From NCBI GenBank assembly GCA_934270475.1, contig CAKQPS010000003.1:30261-94260 (forward strand): a DNA stretch of 64,000 bases, written 5' to 3'. The DNA comes from an uncultured Alphaproteobacteria bacterium. GTDB taxonomy: Bacteria; Pseudomonadota; Alphaproteobacteria; RF32; CAG-239. The notes beneath the pieces are model-generated. The model searched no databases and had not been told where the DNA came from. It saw only the letters and a program-made list of their open reading frames with translations. The position numbers and the translations under genes are program-made. Shown here in pieces: positions 40,725 to 49,702 of the stretch. How positions within the stretch are numbered: the stretch's first letter is position 1; the number at the start of each line of letters is the position of its first letter.

Positions 40725-41801
40725 TTAGTCGGCGTAGGTGGTATTTTCAGCAAAGCCGTTATCATTTAAGAGCTTTTCTTTAGCTGCGATTTTAGCGTCT
40801 TCCTGCACCATTTCATGCGCCAGAGCTGCCAAATCATAGTTCGGCTTCCAGCCCAATACCGTGCGAGCTTTGGTGCTGTCGCCCAACAGCAAATCTACTT
40901 CCGCCGGACGGAAAAATTCCGGATTTACCGCAACTACGACTTTGCCGGTCGCTTTGTTTACGGCTTTTTCCTCAACGCCTTTACCCGACCATTCCAGCTC
41001 AATGCCGCATTCTTTGAATGCTAATTTTACAAAGTCGCGGATAGAAGTGGTAGTGCCTGTTGCCAGTACAAAATCTTCCGGCTTGTCTGCTTGAAGCATA
41101 CGCCACATGCCCTCTACATAGTCTTTAGCATGACCCCAGTCGCGTTTTGAATCCAAGTTGCCTAAATACAAGCAATCCTGCAAACCGGCTTTAATGCGGG
41201 TAGCCGCCAAAGTGATTTTGCGGGTTACAAAGTTTTCGCCGCGGCGCGGAGATTCGTGGTTAAACAAAATTCCGTTGCAGGCAAAAATGCCGAAACTTTC
41301 ACGATAGTTTACGGTAATCCAATAGCCGTAAAGTTTGGCAACACCGTACGGAGAGCGCGGATAAAACGGAGTTTTTTCGGACTGTATCGGCTCTTGAATT
41401 AAACCGAACAGCTCAGATGTAGAAGCCTGATAAAAACGAGTTTTTTTAGTCAAACCGTTAATGCGGATAGCTTCCAGCAGGCGCAAAGTACCGAGCGCAT
41501 CGCTTTCTGCCGTAAATTCCGGGCAATCCCAGCTGATTTTAACATGGCTTTGTGCGCCTAAATTATAAATTTCATCAGGTTCAATTTCTTTTACCAAACG
41601 CACAATGTTTAATGAATCGGTCAAATCGCCGTAGTGCAAATGCAAGTGCGGATTGCCCAGCAAATGTTCAATACGCTGGGTGTTGTGCGAAGAACTGCGG
41701 CGAACCAGCCCATGAACTTCATAGCCTTTTTCCAGCAACAGTTCGCTCAAATATGAACCGTCTTGACCTGTGATACCTGTAATTAACGCTGTTTTTGTCA
41801 T
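40725..41801 (-). CDS. gmd: GDP-mannose 4,6-dehydratase
   Basis: [44 protein letters not shown] and the [11 protein letters not shown] motif. Confidence 0.96.
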   Translation of the reverse strand: MTKTALITGITGQDGSYLSELLLEKGYEVHGLVRRSSSHNTQRIEHLLGNPHLHLHYGDLTDSLNIVRLVKEIEPDEIYNLGAQSHVKISWDCPEFTAESDALGTLRLLEAIRINGLTKKTRFYQASTSELFGLIQEPIQSEKTPFYPRSPYGVAKLYGYWITVNYRESFGIFACNGILFNHESPRRGENFVTRKITLAATRIKAGLQDCLYLGNLDSKRDWGHAKDYVEGMWRMLQADKPEDFVLATGTTTSIRDFVKLAFKECGIELEWSGKGVEEKAVNKATGKVVVAVNPEFFRPAEVDLLLGDSTKARTVLGWKPNYDLAALAHEMVQEDAKIAAKEKLLNDNGFAENTTYAD

Positions 41802-41902
41802 TGTTTACTCCATTTTTTTAACATTAAAACTTTTTTAGGGGCATTTGTCTGAACCTGTGTATTTTTAATTTGTAAAAGTTCGTGTGCAAATTCATAATCA
41901 TT

Positions 41903-42286
41903 TTATCTCCCCTGATTATGTTTAGAAATTCTATCGTACTGATCGACAAAACGAACAATATCGTTCTCATCAAGAATATCACCCATTTGAATTTCAATAA
42001 ATTCTACAGGATAGTTGGTTTTATTCTCTATCCTGTGTTTAGTTTCTTTGGGAATATCGACAGATTTTCCTGGTAATAATTCCATAGTTTCTTCGCCAAC
42101 AGTGACAGTGGGATTGCCAGAAGTAATAATCCAATGTTCTCCTCTATGATGATGCAGTTGTAGAGATAAGGATGCATTGGGATTTACAGCTATTTTCTTT
42201 ACAATATATTTTTCCCCAAGACTAATAACTTCCCAACTACCCCAAGGTCTGTCACCTTTTTCGTGTAAATGATAATTTATAGCCAT
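41903..42286 (-). CDS. Stand-alone cupin domain of type II phosphomannose isomerase
   Basis: RPWGSWEVI...YIVKKIAVNPNASLSLQLHHHRGEHWIITSG resembles the C-terminal cupin of ManC/PMI type II enzymes. Confidence 0.7.
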   Translation of the reverse strand: MAINYHLHEKGDRPWGSWEVISLGEKYIVKKIAVNPNASLSLQLHHHRGEHWIITSGNPTVTVGEETMELLPGKSVDIPKETKHRIENKTNYPVEFIEIQMGDILDENDIVRFVDQYDRISKHNQGR

Positions 42287-42291
42287 TTTAA

Positions 42292-42732
42292 TTAACTCAC
42301 TTTATTGTTCCATTTTTCTAAAATCCAAGAAGATGAATTGGCTTTGTTGTCGCCGCCGACGCCAAAAGCCAAATCCACCTGACATTCTTTGCAAGTTGCG
42401 GTTTCCGGAATATTATCCTTGCCGCGGTCGCCGCCGTTGGCAAACACCAGATGCGCATCAGGATATTTGGCGCGGGCTTTGCGGATGCCGTCAGACGCCG
42501 TGTTGTCCGAATCATCAAATTCCAACACATCTATCACGCCTTTTAAATTCTCTAAAATCGCCAAACGGGTTTTAATATTGTGGAAATTCTTGCCTTTTTT
42601 ACGGCACAGCCACGCGTCGGAATTAGCTAAAACAATCACTCCGTCTGAATTGGCTGCTGATTGCTTTATCATTTCTATATGCCCTTCGTGTATCGGGTCA
42701 AACCCGCCGCTCACTATGTAATATGTTGTCAT
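42292..42732 (-). CDS. Cytidylyltransferase-family nucleotidyltransferase (RfaE domain II / TagD-like)
   Basis: VSGGFDPIHEGHIEMI carries the (T/H)xGH nucleotidyltransferase signature. 146 aa. Confidence 0.75.
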   Translation of the reverse strand: MTTYYIVSGGFDPIHEGHIEMIKQSAANSDGVIVLANSDAWLCRKKGKNFHNIKTRLAILENLKGVIDVLEFDDSDNTASDGIRKARAKYPDAHLVFANGGDRGKDNIPETATCKECQVDLAFGVGGDNKANSSSWILEKWNNKVS

Positions 42733-43607
42733 TGTGTTTTCCTTTTTGAAAAGTTTTTTTTGAATTTTTTAAATTTGCATTTCAGATGTTTTTTGATTAA
42801 AAACCAAGGATTATTCATCATTTTCATCAATTCAGAATAAATTTCCGGCACATCAAGAAAACCACCGGCAAAACTTGCTATAATTTTTTTGTAAGCCAGC
42901 TTTTTTTGAAAATAACTAAAGCCGCTGTCTTTTACAAAACGTACAATTTCCGCAGCTTCGGCAATAACGTCGTTTTGCAGCTTGCTGCGATATTCCGGCG
43001 ACCACGGCGCTGCGTTGTAATAATATACCGCGTTTGGCACAGCTTTAATTTTGTTGGCAAAATAAAATGCCTTAAAAATAAATATATTGTCTTCCCAACG
43101 TATTTTTTCACTGCATTCAATTTTGTGCTGGTCAAGCAGCGATTTTCTGAAAATCTTGTCAAAGGTGGCTCCGTTTTTCATACTGCCGAATTTCTCGCCA
43201 AACGAGCGGAAAACACGCTCTTTGTCAAACCATACCCATTTGCGCCCGTTCAACATTATATTGCCGCAAACAATATCCGTCTCGTCATCAGCAGCGGACA
43301 GCAGGTTTTTATAAAAATCTTTGTCAATAACATCATCAGCTTCCACAAAACCAACCCATTCGCCATTTGCATTTTGCACGCCGATATTTCTCGCCCCGCC
43401 CGGACCGGTGTTTGCTGTCTGTTCAATAAATTTAATTCTTTTGTCATTAAAACTTTGAAGAATATTCAGCGTATTGTCGGAACTTTGCTTATACACTACA
43501 ATTATCTCAAGATTGGCATAGGTTTGCGACAGCACCGATTTTACGCATTTTTTGATAGTTTTTTCCGCGGCAAACGCCGGAATTATAACGCTGACAAGTT
43601 TTTCCAT
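42729..43607 (-). CDS. Family 2 glycosyltransferase
   Basis: VSVIIPAFAAEKTIKKCVKSVLSQTYANLEIIVV ... EADD. Start is taken at the MEKLVSV ATG (43607), immediately after the upstream stop. Confidence 0.85.
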   Translation of the reverse strand: MEKLVSVIIPAFAAEKTIKKCVKSVLSQTYANLEIIVVYKQSSDNTLNILQSFNDKRIKFIEQTANTGPGGARNIGVQNANGEWVGFVEADDVIDKDFYKNLLSAADDETDIVCGNIMLNGRKWVWFDKERVFRSFGEKFGSMKNGATFDKIFRKSLLDQHKIECSEKIRWEDNIFIFKAFYFANKIKAVPNAVYYYNAAPWSPEYRSKLQNDVIAEAAEIVRFVKDSGFSYFQKKLAYKKIIASFAGGFLDVPEIYSELMKMMNNPWFLIKKHLKCKFKKFKKNFSKRKTQ

Positions 43608-43608
43608 T

Positions 43609-44469
43609 TTATTCGCCTTTATTTTCCAGCACTTCTTTGGTTTTGATAACATACAGCGGGATTTTGCCAAAGAGATAGATTTTGGTTATTTCACCGCGGC
43701 GCACGATTTTTGTTATTTGCAAGCCTAAAAACTTTACGCGGCTGACATATTCCACATAAGGCAAAATCTTTTCCCATAGCAAGGGATTATCTCTCCGCAC
43801 AAAGTCTTTTATTTGCATGGTTTTATCGTCCATTTTTTGCTTTTGCAAATGCGTGGTGTTGCCGGCAAAATTGCGGTAATGAAACAGCACTTCCGGCAGA
43901 TTATGAAATTCTGTTTTGCCCACCAAACGGCAATACATGGCATAATCTTCCGCCGGAGAATATTCTTCTTCATAGCGAATATTGTTGGCTTCAAGCACCG
44001 ATTTACGCACCATCGACGCCGAATGAATCACACAGCATGACACAAGCAGCTGACGGGTGATTTCCTCGTTATTTTCCGGATAAACAACAACTTTTGAACC
44101 AATAATATTCTGTTTAGCGCAGCTAACCACGCCGCATTTGGGGTGAGCGTCCAAATACGCAGCTTCTTTTTCCAAGCGTTCCGGCAGAGATATATCATCG
44201 TGGTCAAAAATAGCTAAATATTCGCCTTGCGCCATATCAATCAACTTGTTGCGGCTGGCGGAAATCCCCATATTTTGAGCATTTTTAGCATATTTTATAC
44301 GTTTGTCGGCATATGATTTTACAATTTTTTCCCTATCATCAGTCGGGCAATCGTCCAAAATCAAAAATTCAAAATCCGTAAAAGTTTGCACCAAAATGCT
44401 CTCAATCGCTGTGCGTAAATACGCTTCAGGTGTTTTATATACCGGCATCAAAACAGAAACTTTAGGCAT
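43609..44469 (-). CDS. Family 2 glycosyltransferase
   Basis: VSVLMPVYKTPEAYLRTAIESILVQTFTDFEFLILDDCPTDD ... FDHDD. C-terminal YLFGKIPLYVIK tail. Confidence 0.85.
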   Translation of the reverse strand: MPKVSVLMPVYKTPEAYLRTAIESILVQTFTDFEFLILDDCPTDDREKIVKSYADKRIKYAKNAQNMGISASRNKLIDMAQGEYLAIFDHDDISLPERLEKEAAYLDAHPKCGVVSCAKQNIIGSKVVVYPENNEEITRQLLVSCCVIHSASMVRKSVLEANNIRYEEEYSPAEDYAMYCRLVGKTEFHNLPEVLFHYRNFAGNTTHLQKQKMDDKTMQIKDFVRRDNPLLWEKILPYVEYVSRVKFLGLQITKIVRRGEITKIYLFGKIPLYVIKTKEVLENKGE

Positions 44470-45084
44470 TGCGAACTGCCTCCAAAGCTTGTATTTTCAA
44501 GATATTGTTATTTATCCAACCAACTATCATTTCCATCGACTCAACATTTAATAATAAGTAAGTAAGGTCCGTTTTTTTCTTATACTCTTAATAGATAATC
44601 TGAGTCAATAGCGATTTTCTATTTTTTGTGGAAAACAGTTAAATATCCAATATTTCATATTTTTTTGATGCTTGCTTTAACTATAAGCATCAAATGGAAG
44701 AAAAAGACTATATTAAATATGCCAAATGAAGGAACTAAAATAAAAGAAGAAGCTCTGCCAAGTAAAAGTTTTAAAAAATGTAAAAATAAAAGCTCAATAA
44801 TCAAAATGTTCAAACCAATCAAAAGTTATGGATTTTAACAATTGCATTTCAATTTCAAAATAAAATTGTCTTCTGTAAAAAGATTGCTCCATTTAATCAC
44901 ATAACATGATTTAAATTTTGAATAAAAAAGATGCCGCTTTAATTTACTTGTAAAATGACAATAACTGTCCAGACCACCACAAAATGCGGCTTGTAAATGC
45001 AATAAATCAAAAATCGGAAAAGCCTGCAAAATCCGGAGTTTTGAGGGGATAAATCGTACAAAAATCGCCGCTGAAAATTTAAAA

Positions 45085-45116
45085 CGAAAAAAGGAGTGAC
45101 AAGTATCACTCCTTTT
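45085..45116 (-). terminator. Intrinsic terminator (minus strand) following the last tandem unit
   Basis: On the minus strand: aaggagtga tactt gtcactcctt followed by TTTTTT. Confidence 0.7.
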
Positions 45117-45119
45117 ATA

Positions 45120-45262
45120 TGGTGGGCGCTGCAAGACTGACTACGCTAACGCTCCGCCGACGCGTTGTTCACAGCCTTTGGCTGCCGGCGTTCTGCCGCC
45201 CGCCTTTCTCTCGCTCTCAAACTTGCTTTCTCGCAAGTTCGAGAACCTTTTAAAATGCCCAC
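45120..45262 (-). ncRNA. Candidate structured small RNA, copy B (unknown family)
   Basis: GC-rich segment in an AT-rich spacer. It has a 5' GUGGGC / 3' GCCCAC(CA) closing stem and an 11-bp internal hairpin (plus-strand 45216-45243). Further hairpins include CAGCC-AAA-GGCUG. A terminator follows on the minus strand. Confidence 0.25.
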
Positions 45263-45292
45263 AAAAAAACCACTCCTAAAGAGTGGTCTTTA

Positions 45293-45435
45293 TGGTGGGC
45301 GCTGCAAGACTGACTACGCTAACGCTCCGCCGACGCATCGTTCACAGCCTTTGGCTGCCGGCGTTCTGCCGCCCGCCTTTCTCTCGCTCTCAAACTTGCT
45401 TTCTCGCAAGTTCGAGAACCTTTTAAAATGCCCAC
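45293..45435 (-). ncRNA. Candidate structured small RNA, copy A (unknown family)
   Basis: Same architecture as copy B. It is followed on the minus strand by the hairpin ccactc-tttag-gagtgg plus a T7 run (plus-strand 45263-45290). Confidence 0.25.
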
Positions 45436-45649
45436 AAAAAAACCACTCCTGAAGAGTGGTCTTTATGGTGGTGGATAGGATATTAAAAGGCGAAATCGGA
45501 TAACTTTCGCGCCATTTTGTGAATTATTCTAACCATTGGTATCTCTAATTGTCCGGACCATTACCCATATCTGGCCACCACTTCTCCCGTATCGAAACCC
45601 TGCTTTCATTACAAAAATAAGAAATGGTGACCAGACTAATTTAGAAAAA

Positions 45650-45755
45650 TGTGTATATTAAAATCACAAATATTTAGAATTTTGTGTATTATTTATCAAA
45701 ATAATGCTTGAATTTTGTGTATTTTTATGTTAAATATAGCTTATAAAATGTGTAT
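45650..45755. repeat. Four TGTGTAT cores at exact 33-bp spacing (degenerate 33-bp tandem array) upstream of the ATPase gene
   Basis: Cores lie at 45650, 45683, 45716 and 45749. The last overlaps a perfect TATAAT (45752-45757), 20 nt before the ATG at 45777. Confidence 0.85.
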
Positions 45756-45776
45756 AATATATTTAAGGAACAGCGA

Positions 45777-47126
45777 ATGTATCGTAAAGCAGAGAAAATA
45801 TTGCAAGCTTGGAAGGCTAATCCGAAAAAAAAGGCCTTATTGATAACTGGTCAACGGCAGGCCGGTAAAACTTATATCGTACGTGAGTTTGGTAAAGCTA
45901 ATTATAAACACTATGTAGAAATTAACTTCATCACAACACCTTCTGCCAAAGATATCTTCTCCGGTGATCTGAACGCAGATACTTTAATCATGAATTTAAC
46001 AGCATTCATCGGAAAGTCATTGGAAAAAGGGAAAACCTTGATATTCCTTGATGAAATACAGGAATGTCCTAATGCAAGAACAGCCATTAAGTTTTTGGTT
46101 GATGATGGTCGATTTGATTACATAGAATCAGGCTCATTATTAGGCGTTCAATATAAGCAAGTTCCATCTTATCCTGTGGGGTATGAAGAAATATACCAGA
46201 TGTATCCGATGGATTTTGAAGAATTTTGTATTGCCAATGGAGTTCAAGCATCAACGCTTGATTATTTGCGTGAATGTTATAAAAAACAGACACCGATAAC
46301 GGATTCCATTCATCAAACCATGTCTAATCTATTCAAGTATTACATTGTTGTCGGCGGTATGCCTGATGTGGTCAAAAGATTTATAAACACACATGATATA
46401 GGACAAGTCGTAAATGTTCAACGAGATATTATTGCCCAATATCGACAGGATATAAGCAAATATTCTACCACCGGCAAAAATATGATTAACAATATATTTG
46501 ATAATATACCATCACAGCTGGATGATAAAAATCGCCGATTTATGCTCTCATCAGTTCAAAAGAACGCCAGACTTCGTGATTATGAGGATTCTTTTGTTTG
46601 GCTTTCAGATGCCGGAGTTGCTCTGCCTTGTTATAATCTGACAGAGCCAAAGATCCCGCTTAAAATTAACGAACAAAGCCGTTTGTTCAAGCTTTATATG
46701 AGTGATATCGGCTTACTATGCGCGATGAGCTTAGAAAATGTTCAATTTGAGATATTGCAAGGTAATTTATCCATAAATATGGGCGGAATTTTAGAAAATG
46801 CCTTTGCCGAACTTTTAAAAGCCAATGGTTTTGCATTGCGGTATCTTAATAAAAAGAATATAGGAGAGCTGGACTTTGTGGTTCAGCAAAATGATGAAGT
46901 CATGCCGATTGAAATTAAATCAGGTAAAGATTATAAAACACATGCCGCACTTAATAATGCCTTAAAAGTTAAGGAATGGAACCTCAAAAAAGGTATTGTA
47001 TTTTGTATGGACAATATCCAAAAAACCGAGAGAATAACCTATCTTCCTTGGTATTTAGTGATGTTTCTAAAACAAAATAATCATGATGAATCAATGATCG
47101 TAAATGTGGATTTAAGTGGATTATGA
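45777..47126 (+). CDS. AAA-family ATPase of the AAA_14/DUF4143 type (ATP-binding protein, function unknown)
   Basis: Walker A-like TGQRQAGKTY and Walker B IFLDEIQ. The size and C-terminal GELDFVV...PIEIKSG motif fit the restriction-endonuclease-like DUF4143 tail typical of this family. Confidence 0.75.
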   Translation: MYRKAEKILQAWKANPKKKALLITGQRQAGKTYIVREFGKANYKHYVEINFITTPSAKDIFSGDLNADTLIMNLTAFIGKSLEKGKTLIFLDEIQECPNARTAIKFLVDDGRFDYIESGSLLGVQYKQVPSYPVGYEEIYQMYPMDFEEFCIANGVQASTLDYLRECYKKQTPITDSIHQTMSNLFKYYIVVGGMPDVVKRFINTHDIGQVVNVQRDIIAQYRQDISKYSTTGKNMINNIFDNIPSQLDDKNRRFMLSSVQKNARLRDYEDSFVWLSDAGVALPCYNLTEPKIPLKINEQSRLFKLYMSDIGLLCAMSLENVQFEILQGNLSINMGGILENAFAELLKANGFALRYLNKKNIGELDFVVQQNDEVMPIEIKSGKDYKTHAALNNALKVKEWNLKKGIVFCMDNIQKTERITYLPWYLVMFLKQNNHDESMIVNVDLSGL

Positions 47127-47473
47127 TAAATTCAACATTATATCATATTTCACTGGACTGATGGGCAATACCAAGTGCAGTATAACATTGTTGCATTTGC
47201 TCTGCAAAAGCGTTATGCGCGGAGTTAAACGCCGAGAATATAGAGCATATTTTCAAGTTTAATGACAAAGCAGAACACTTTTGCAGGCAAACCCAAAGGG
47301 CAAACTTCAAAATTTCATATAAACACCAATTTTCCTCGCACTGTATGCCCAATACAGCCGCTCAAAAAATCAGTATTTCTCTGAAATTTTGAAGAATTGT
47401 GCGACAAACGTCATATTGTACTTGATATTGCCCCATTTCCAAGCATTCATTGTATTAAACGAAAGGAAATACA

Positions 47474-47779
47474 ATGAAAACAGTTAAGATTTACATGGTC
47501 CGAAAACCTTCAGATATTGACGAAGTAATCGAGTTATGCCGGTGCTATAACAATCAGGCAGAGGAAGTAACGGTTGCAGAAACGGTTAACCTGCCGCCAA
47601 TATGGTATGAAGCTGTGTGCCGGAACCCGATGGACAATTATATCTTTTTATCTGGTAAAGGCGGTTATGACGATGAAAACCACCGCCAAGTGGTTGCCTT
47701 ACAATACCCCGGCAAGCCAACGCTTTACGTTGACCCGTCCGGATCCTCTTACTGCCGATACATGGGGGTTGAATTATGA
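47474..47779 (+). CDS. Hypothetical protein (mobile-element-like)
   Basis: 101-aa ORF with an AAAGGA RBS. Its stop overlaps the next start (ATGA). Confidence 0.45.
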   Translation: MKTVKIYMVRKPSDIDEVIELCRCYNNQAEEVTVAETVNLPPIWYEAVCRNPMDNYIFLSGKGGYDDENHRQVVALQYPGKPTLYVDPSGSSYCRYMGVEL

Positions 47780-48033
47780 AAATGCGTAAATATGAGGATA
47801 TCAAGCCGAGCAACCGGACAAACTTTGTGATGGTTTATTATCACGCCGGCCGCACCTTAACTCAAATCGAAACTTTACTGAAAAAGTCCTATGGTAATCC
47901 TCTACCGACAAGACCGCGCGACCGCCTCAACCGCCTGCAATTCAAACTCGAACAAATGACCGCCCGGTACAAACAGTGCGAGAGTGAACTAAAGGCGGAA
48001 TACCAAAAACGGAAAGATTCAATGAATTCTTAA
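47776..48033 (+). CDS. Hypothetical protein (mobile-element-like)
   Basis: 85-aa ORF translationally coupled to the previous one, with a basic, helical C-terminus. Confidence 0.4.
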   Translation: MKMRKYEDIKPSNRTNFVMVYYHAGRTLTQIETLLKKSYGNPLPTRPRDRLNRLQFKLEQMTARYKQCESELKAEYQKRKDSMNS

Positions 48034-48086
48034 GCACATTACTGCTATCGCTGATGTTTTTACACTTGTTATACCTAATTATCTAA

Positions 48087-49154
48087 TTAATCAAAATTAC
48101 TCCAACTTTTTCCGTCAATTAGATTGATAACATCTGAAATGTTTTCAGGTTTATTATTCCAATTCTTTGCAAGGTTTATATACTTTTTGCCAGGAAGACG
48201 CCCACCTAATGAATCTTTTTCAAATCCTTTGGACAACGGAGTTATACTTGACAGTAAAAATAAACGTAGCCCCTTCTTTGCTAAATCTCTTTGCCCATAA
48301 TAATCTCTATCAGCCATAATATTTTTTGCTCTCTTTATCAGTGCGTTCTTATCTTCAATATTACTATATTCTATATCTATATTAAGTTTCGAAGATTTAT
48401 TATCTTTTGTGATATCAACTACTCCATCTATTTCTGCTACAGTTTTTAGTATTTTTCCCTGATCCAATAACCCCATATATTTAGCCTGTTTATGTTTCCA
48501 TGTGCCATTATCAAATGGACAAGAATAACAATTGTGCTTAAGATTTTCAGACATAGTGGTTCCTGTTCTAACAACATCTAGTCTATATTTCCATATAGGA
48601 AGTAGATTTTCATGTAATAAAAATGTTTCAAAATCATTTAACATATAAATAAACATGTCATTTTGGATATTATCAGATATGTGAAGAATTTCTTGATATA
48701 AGTCTATAAAATTTATTGGATATATATGGATATCATCATTTTCGTATCTTTGTTCTATCTCATTTTTTCTATTATTAATTTCCTCCATTGTATTATCAAA
48801 ATTAGAAAGTAATAATAAAAATTTTTTACCATGTTTGTTTTTTAAATTTTCTATATATCCTTCAATTTGATTATTGTAAAACCAATCAAAGTTTTTAGTT
48901 TCAACGTATATGGTAATAGGTTCTTGGGATATGATGCCGTCAGCAATCTGTTTTCCTTTTCTTGTATTAATGCCTTGTTGTTGATAAAAGTTAACACCAA
49001 AATTAAGTTCATCAGTTAAATTTGATAAAATTTGATTGAACAACAAAGGGCTATAACTGTATACCTGATTTAACATAAGTAAACAATAGTTCGTTACACG
49101 ATTTTCTTTTTGATCATAAGTTGTAAAAAATGAAGTTTTGTTTTCCATAATCAT
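48087..49154 (-). CDS. Hypothetical protein with PD-(D/E)xK nuclease-like motif
   Basis: ADGIISQEPITIYVETKNF fits D-x12-E-x-K (codons 48894-48941), with an upstream Glu (KENRVTN). Very AT-rich by eye. No other motif recognised. Confidence 0.4.
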   Translation of the reverse strand: MIMENKTSFFTTYDQKENRVTNYCLLMLNQVYSYSPLLFNQILSNLTDELNFGVNFYQQQGINTRKGKQIADGIISQEPITIYVETKNFDWFYNNQIEGYIENLKNKHGKKFLLLLSNFDNTMEEINNRKNEIEQRYENDDIHIYPINFIDLYQEILHISDNIQNDMFIYMLNDFETFLLHENLLPIWKYRLDVVRTGTTMSENLKHNCYSCPFDNGTWKHKQAKYMGLLDQGKILKTVAEIDGVVDITKDNKSSKLNIDIEYSNIEDKNALIKRAKNIMADRDYYGQRDLAKKGLRLFLLSSITPLSKGFEKDSLGGRLPGKKYINLAKNWNNKPENISDVINLIDGKSWSNFD

Positions 49155-49243
49155 TGTCTCCTATTTGTTGATACATGCTAAAAATACCATAATGTAAAAA
49201 ATTAAAATACCCAAGAGTAAACGGCATCTAATAATTTTATGCT

Positions 49244-49702
49244 TTACAACTTTAAATGCTCTAAAAAGGCCTGACAGCCTTCGTATATATCCCAATAGCT
49301 CTCGTCAAAATTGCCGGTATACCAAGGGTCGCGGATATTACGCGGATTACTGGTAAAATCAAGCAAGCGATGGATTTTGTTTTCCGTATCCGGACCAACG
49401 AGCGATTGAATGTCCTCAATGTTGCTGTCGTCCATCGCCAAAATATAGTCATAATAAGCATAATCGCGCGGACGAATACGACGAGAGTAATGTTCTTCAA
49501 ACGGCACATGCATGGATTTCAGCATCTCGCACGTGCCATGATGAATGCCGGCATGACACATCTCATTGTAACTTTCAGTTGCGGCGGAATCTATTTCAAA
49601 TTTGTCTGCCAAACCGCGCTCCTCAACCATTTGCATAAACACAAACTGCGCCATCGGCGACCGACAAATATTACCCAAACATACAAACAAAACTTTAATC
49701 AT
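49244..49702 (-). CDS. Low-molecular-weight protein-tyrosine phosphatase / arsenate-reductase-fold phosphatase
   Basis: P-loop VCLGNICRSPMA (CX5R-S) at the N-terminus and a DPWY general-acid loop near the C-terminus. 152 aa. Confidence 0.88.
   Translation of the reverse strand: MIKVLFVCLGNICRSPMAQFVFMQMVEERGLADKFEIDSAATESYNEMCHAGIHHGTCEMLKSMHVPFEEHYSRRIRPRDYAYYDYILAMDDSNIEDIQSLVGPDTENKIHRLLDFTSNPRNIRDPWYTGNFDESYWDIYEGCQAFLEHLKL

Larger units (their letters stand above)
45118..45471. repeat. Tandem direct repeat, 2 full copies of 173 bp (45118-45290, 45291-45463) plus 8-bp start of a third
   Basis: The copies are near-identical on direct reading. Differences include gacgcgttgttcac vs gacgcatcgttcac and cctaaagag vs cctgaagag. 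Confidence 0.95.

Noticed and set aside
44470-45134. ORFs 44626-44838 (+) and 44835-45134 (-) in the AT-rich spacer after the glycan operon.
   Set aside because: They have no RBS, are lysine- and phenylalanine-rich with low complexity, and have no motifs. They are most likely non-coding promoter or leader DNA for the minus-strand operon.
45120-45435. Reading the ...GCGCCCACCA ends on the minus strand as tRNA or tmRNA 3' ends, or the units as SRP/4.5S RNA or a retron msr-msd.
   Set aside because: There is no T-arm (GTTCRANYC-like) or cloverleaf, and the length (~143 nt) does not fit tRNA. It is too short for tmRNA, and no convincing tag ORF ends in hydrophobic residues. The stretch GCAGCCAAAGGCUGUGAACAACGCGU loosely resembles E. 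coli 4.5S RNA, but it folds on itself here, and no GNRA-tetraloop helix-8 motif is present. No reverse transcriptase gene is adjacent, which argues against a retron.
45165-45452. 95-aa plus-strand ORF spanning the tandem 173-bp repeats.
   Set aside because: Its sequence is internally duplicated because it reads straight through two repeat copies that contain terminator hairpins. It has no RBS or plausible protein features. It is better explained as a non-coding repeat.
45118-45471. Possible CRISPR array.
   Set aside because: The units are 173 bp, directly abutting and near-identical, with no unique spacers. No cas genes are in the window.
47143-47352. 69-aa Cys-rich minus-strand ORF between the ATPase gene and the small ORF pair.
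   Set aside because: There is no recognisable RBS or family, and the ORF is short. It is kept as unannotated spacer, though it could be a gene remnant.
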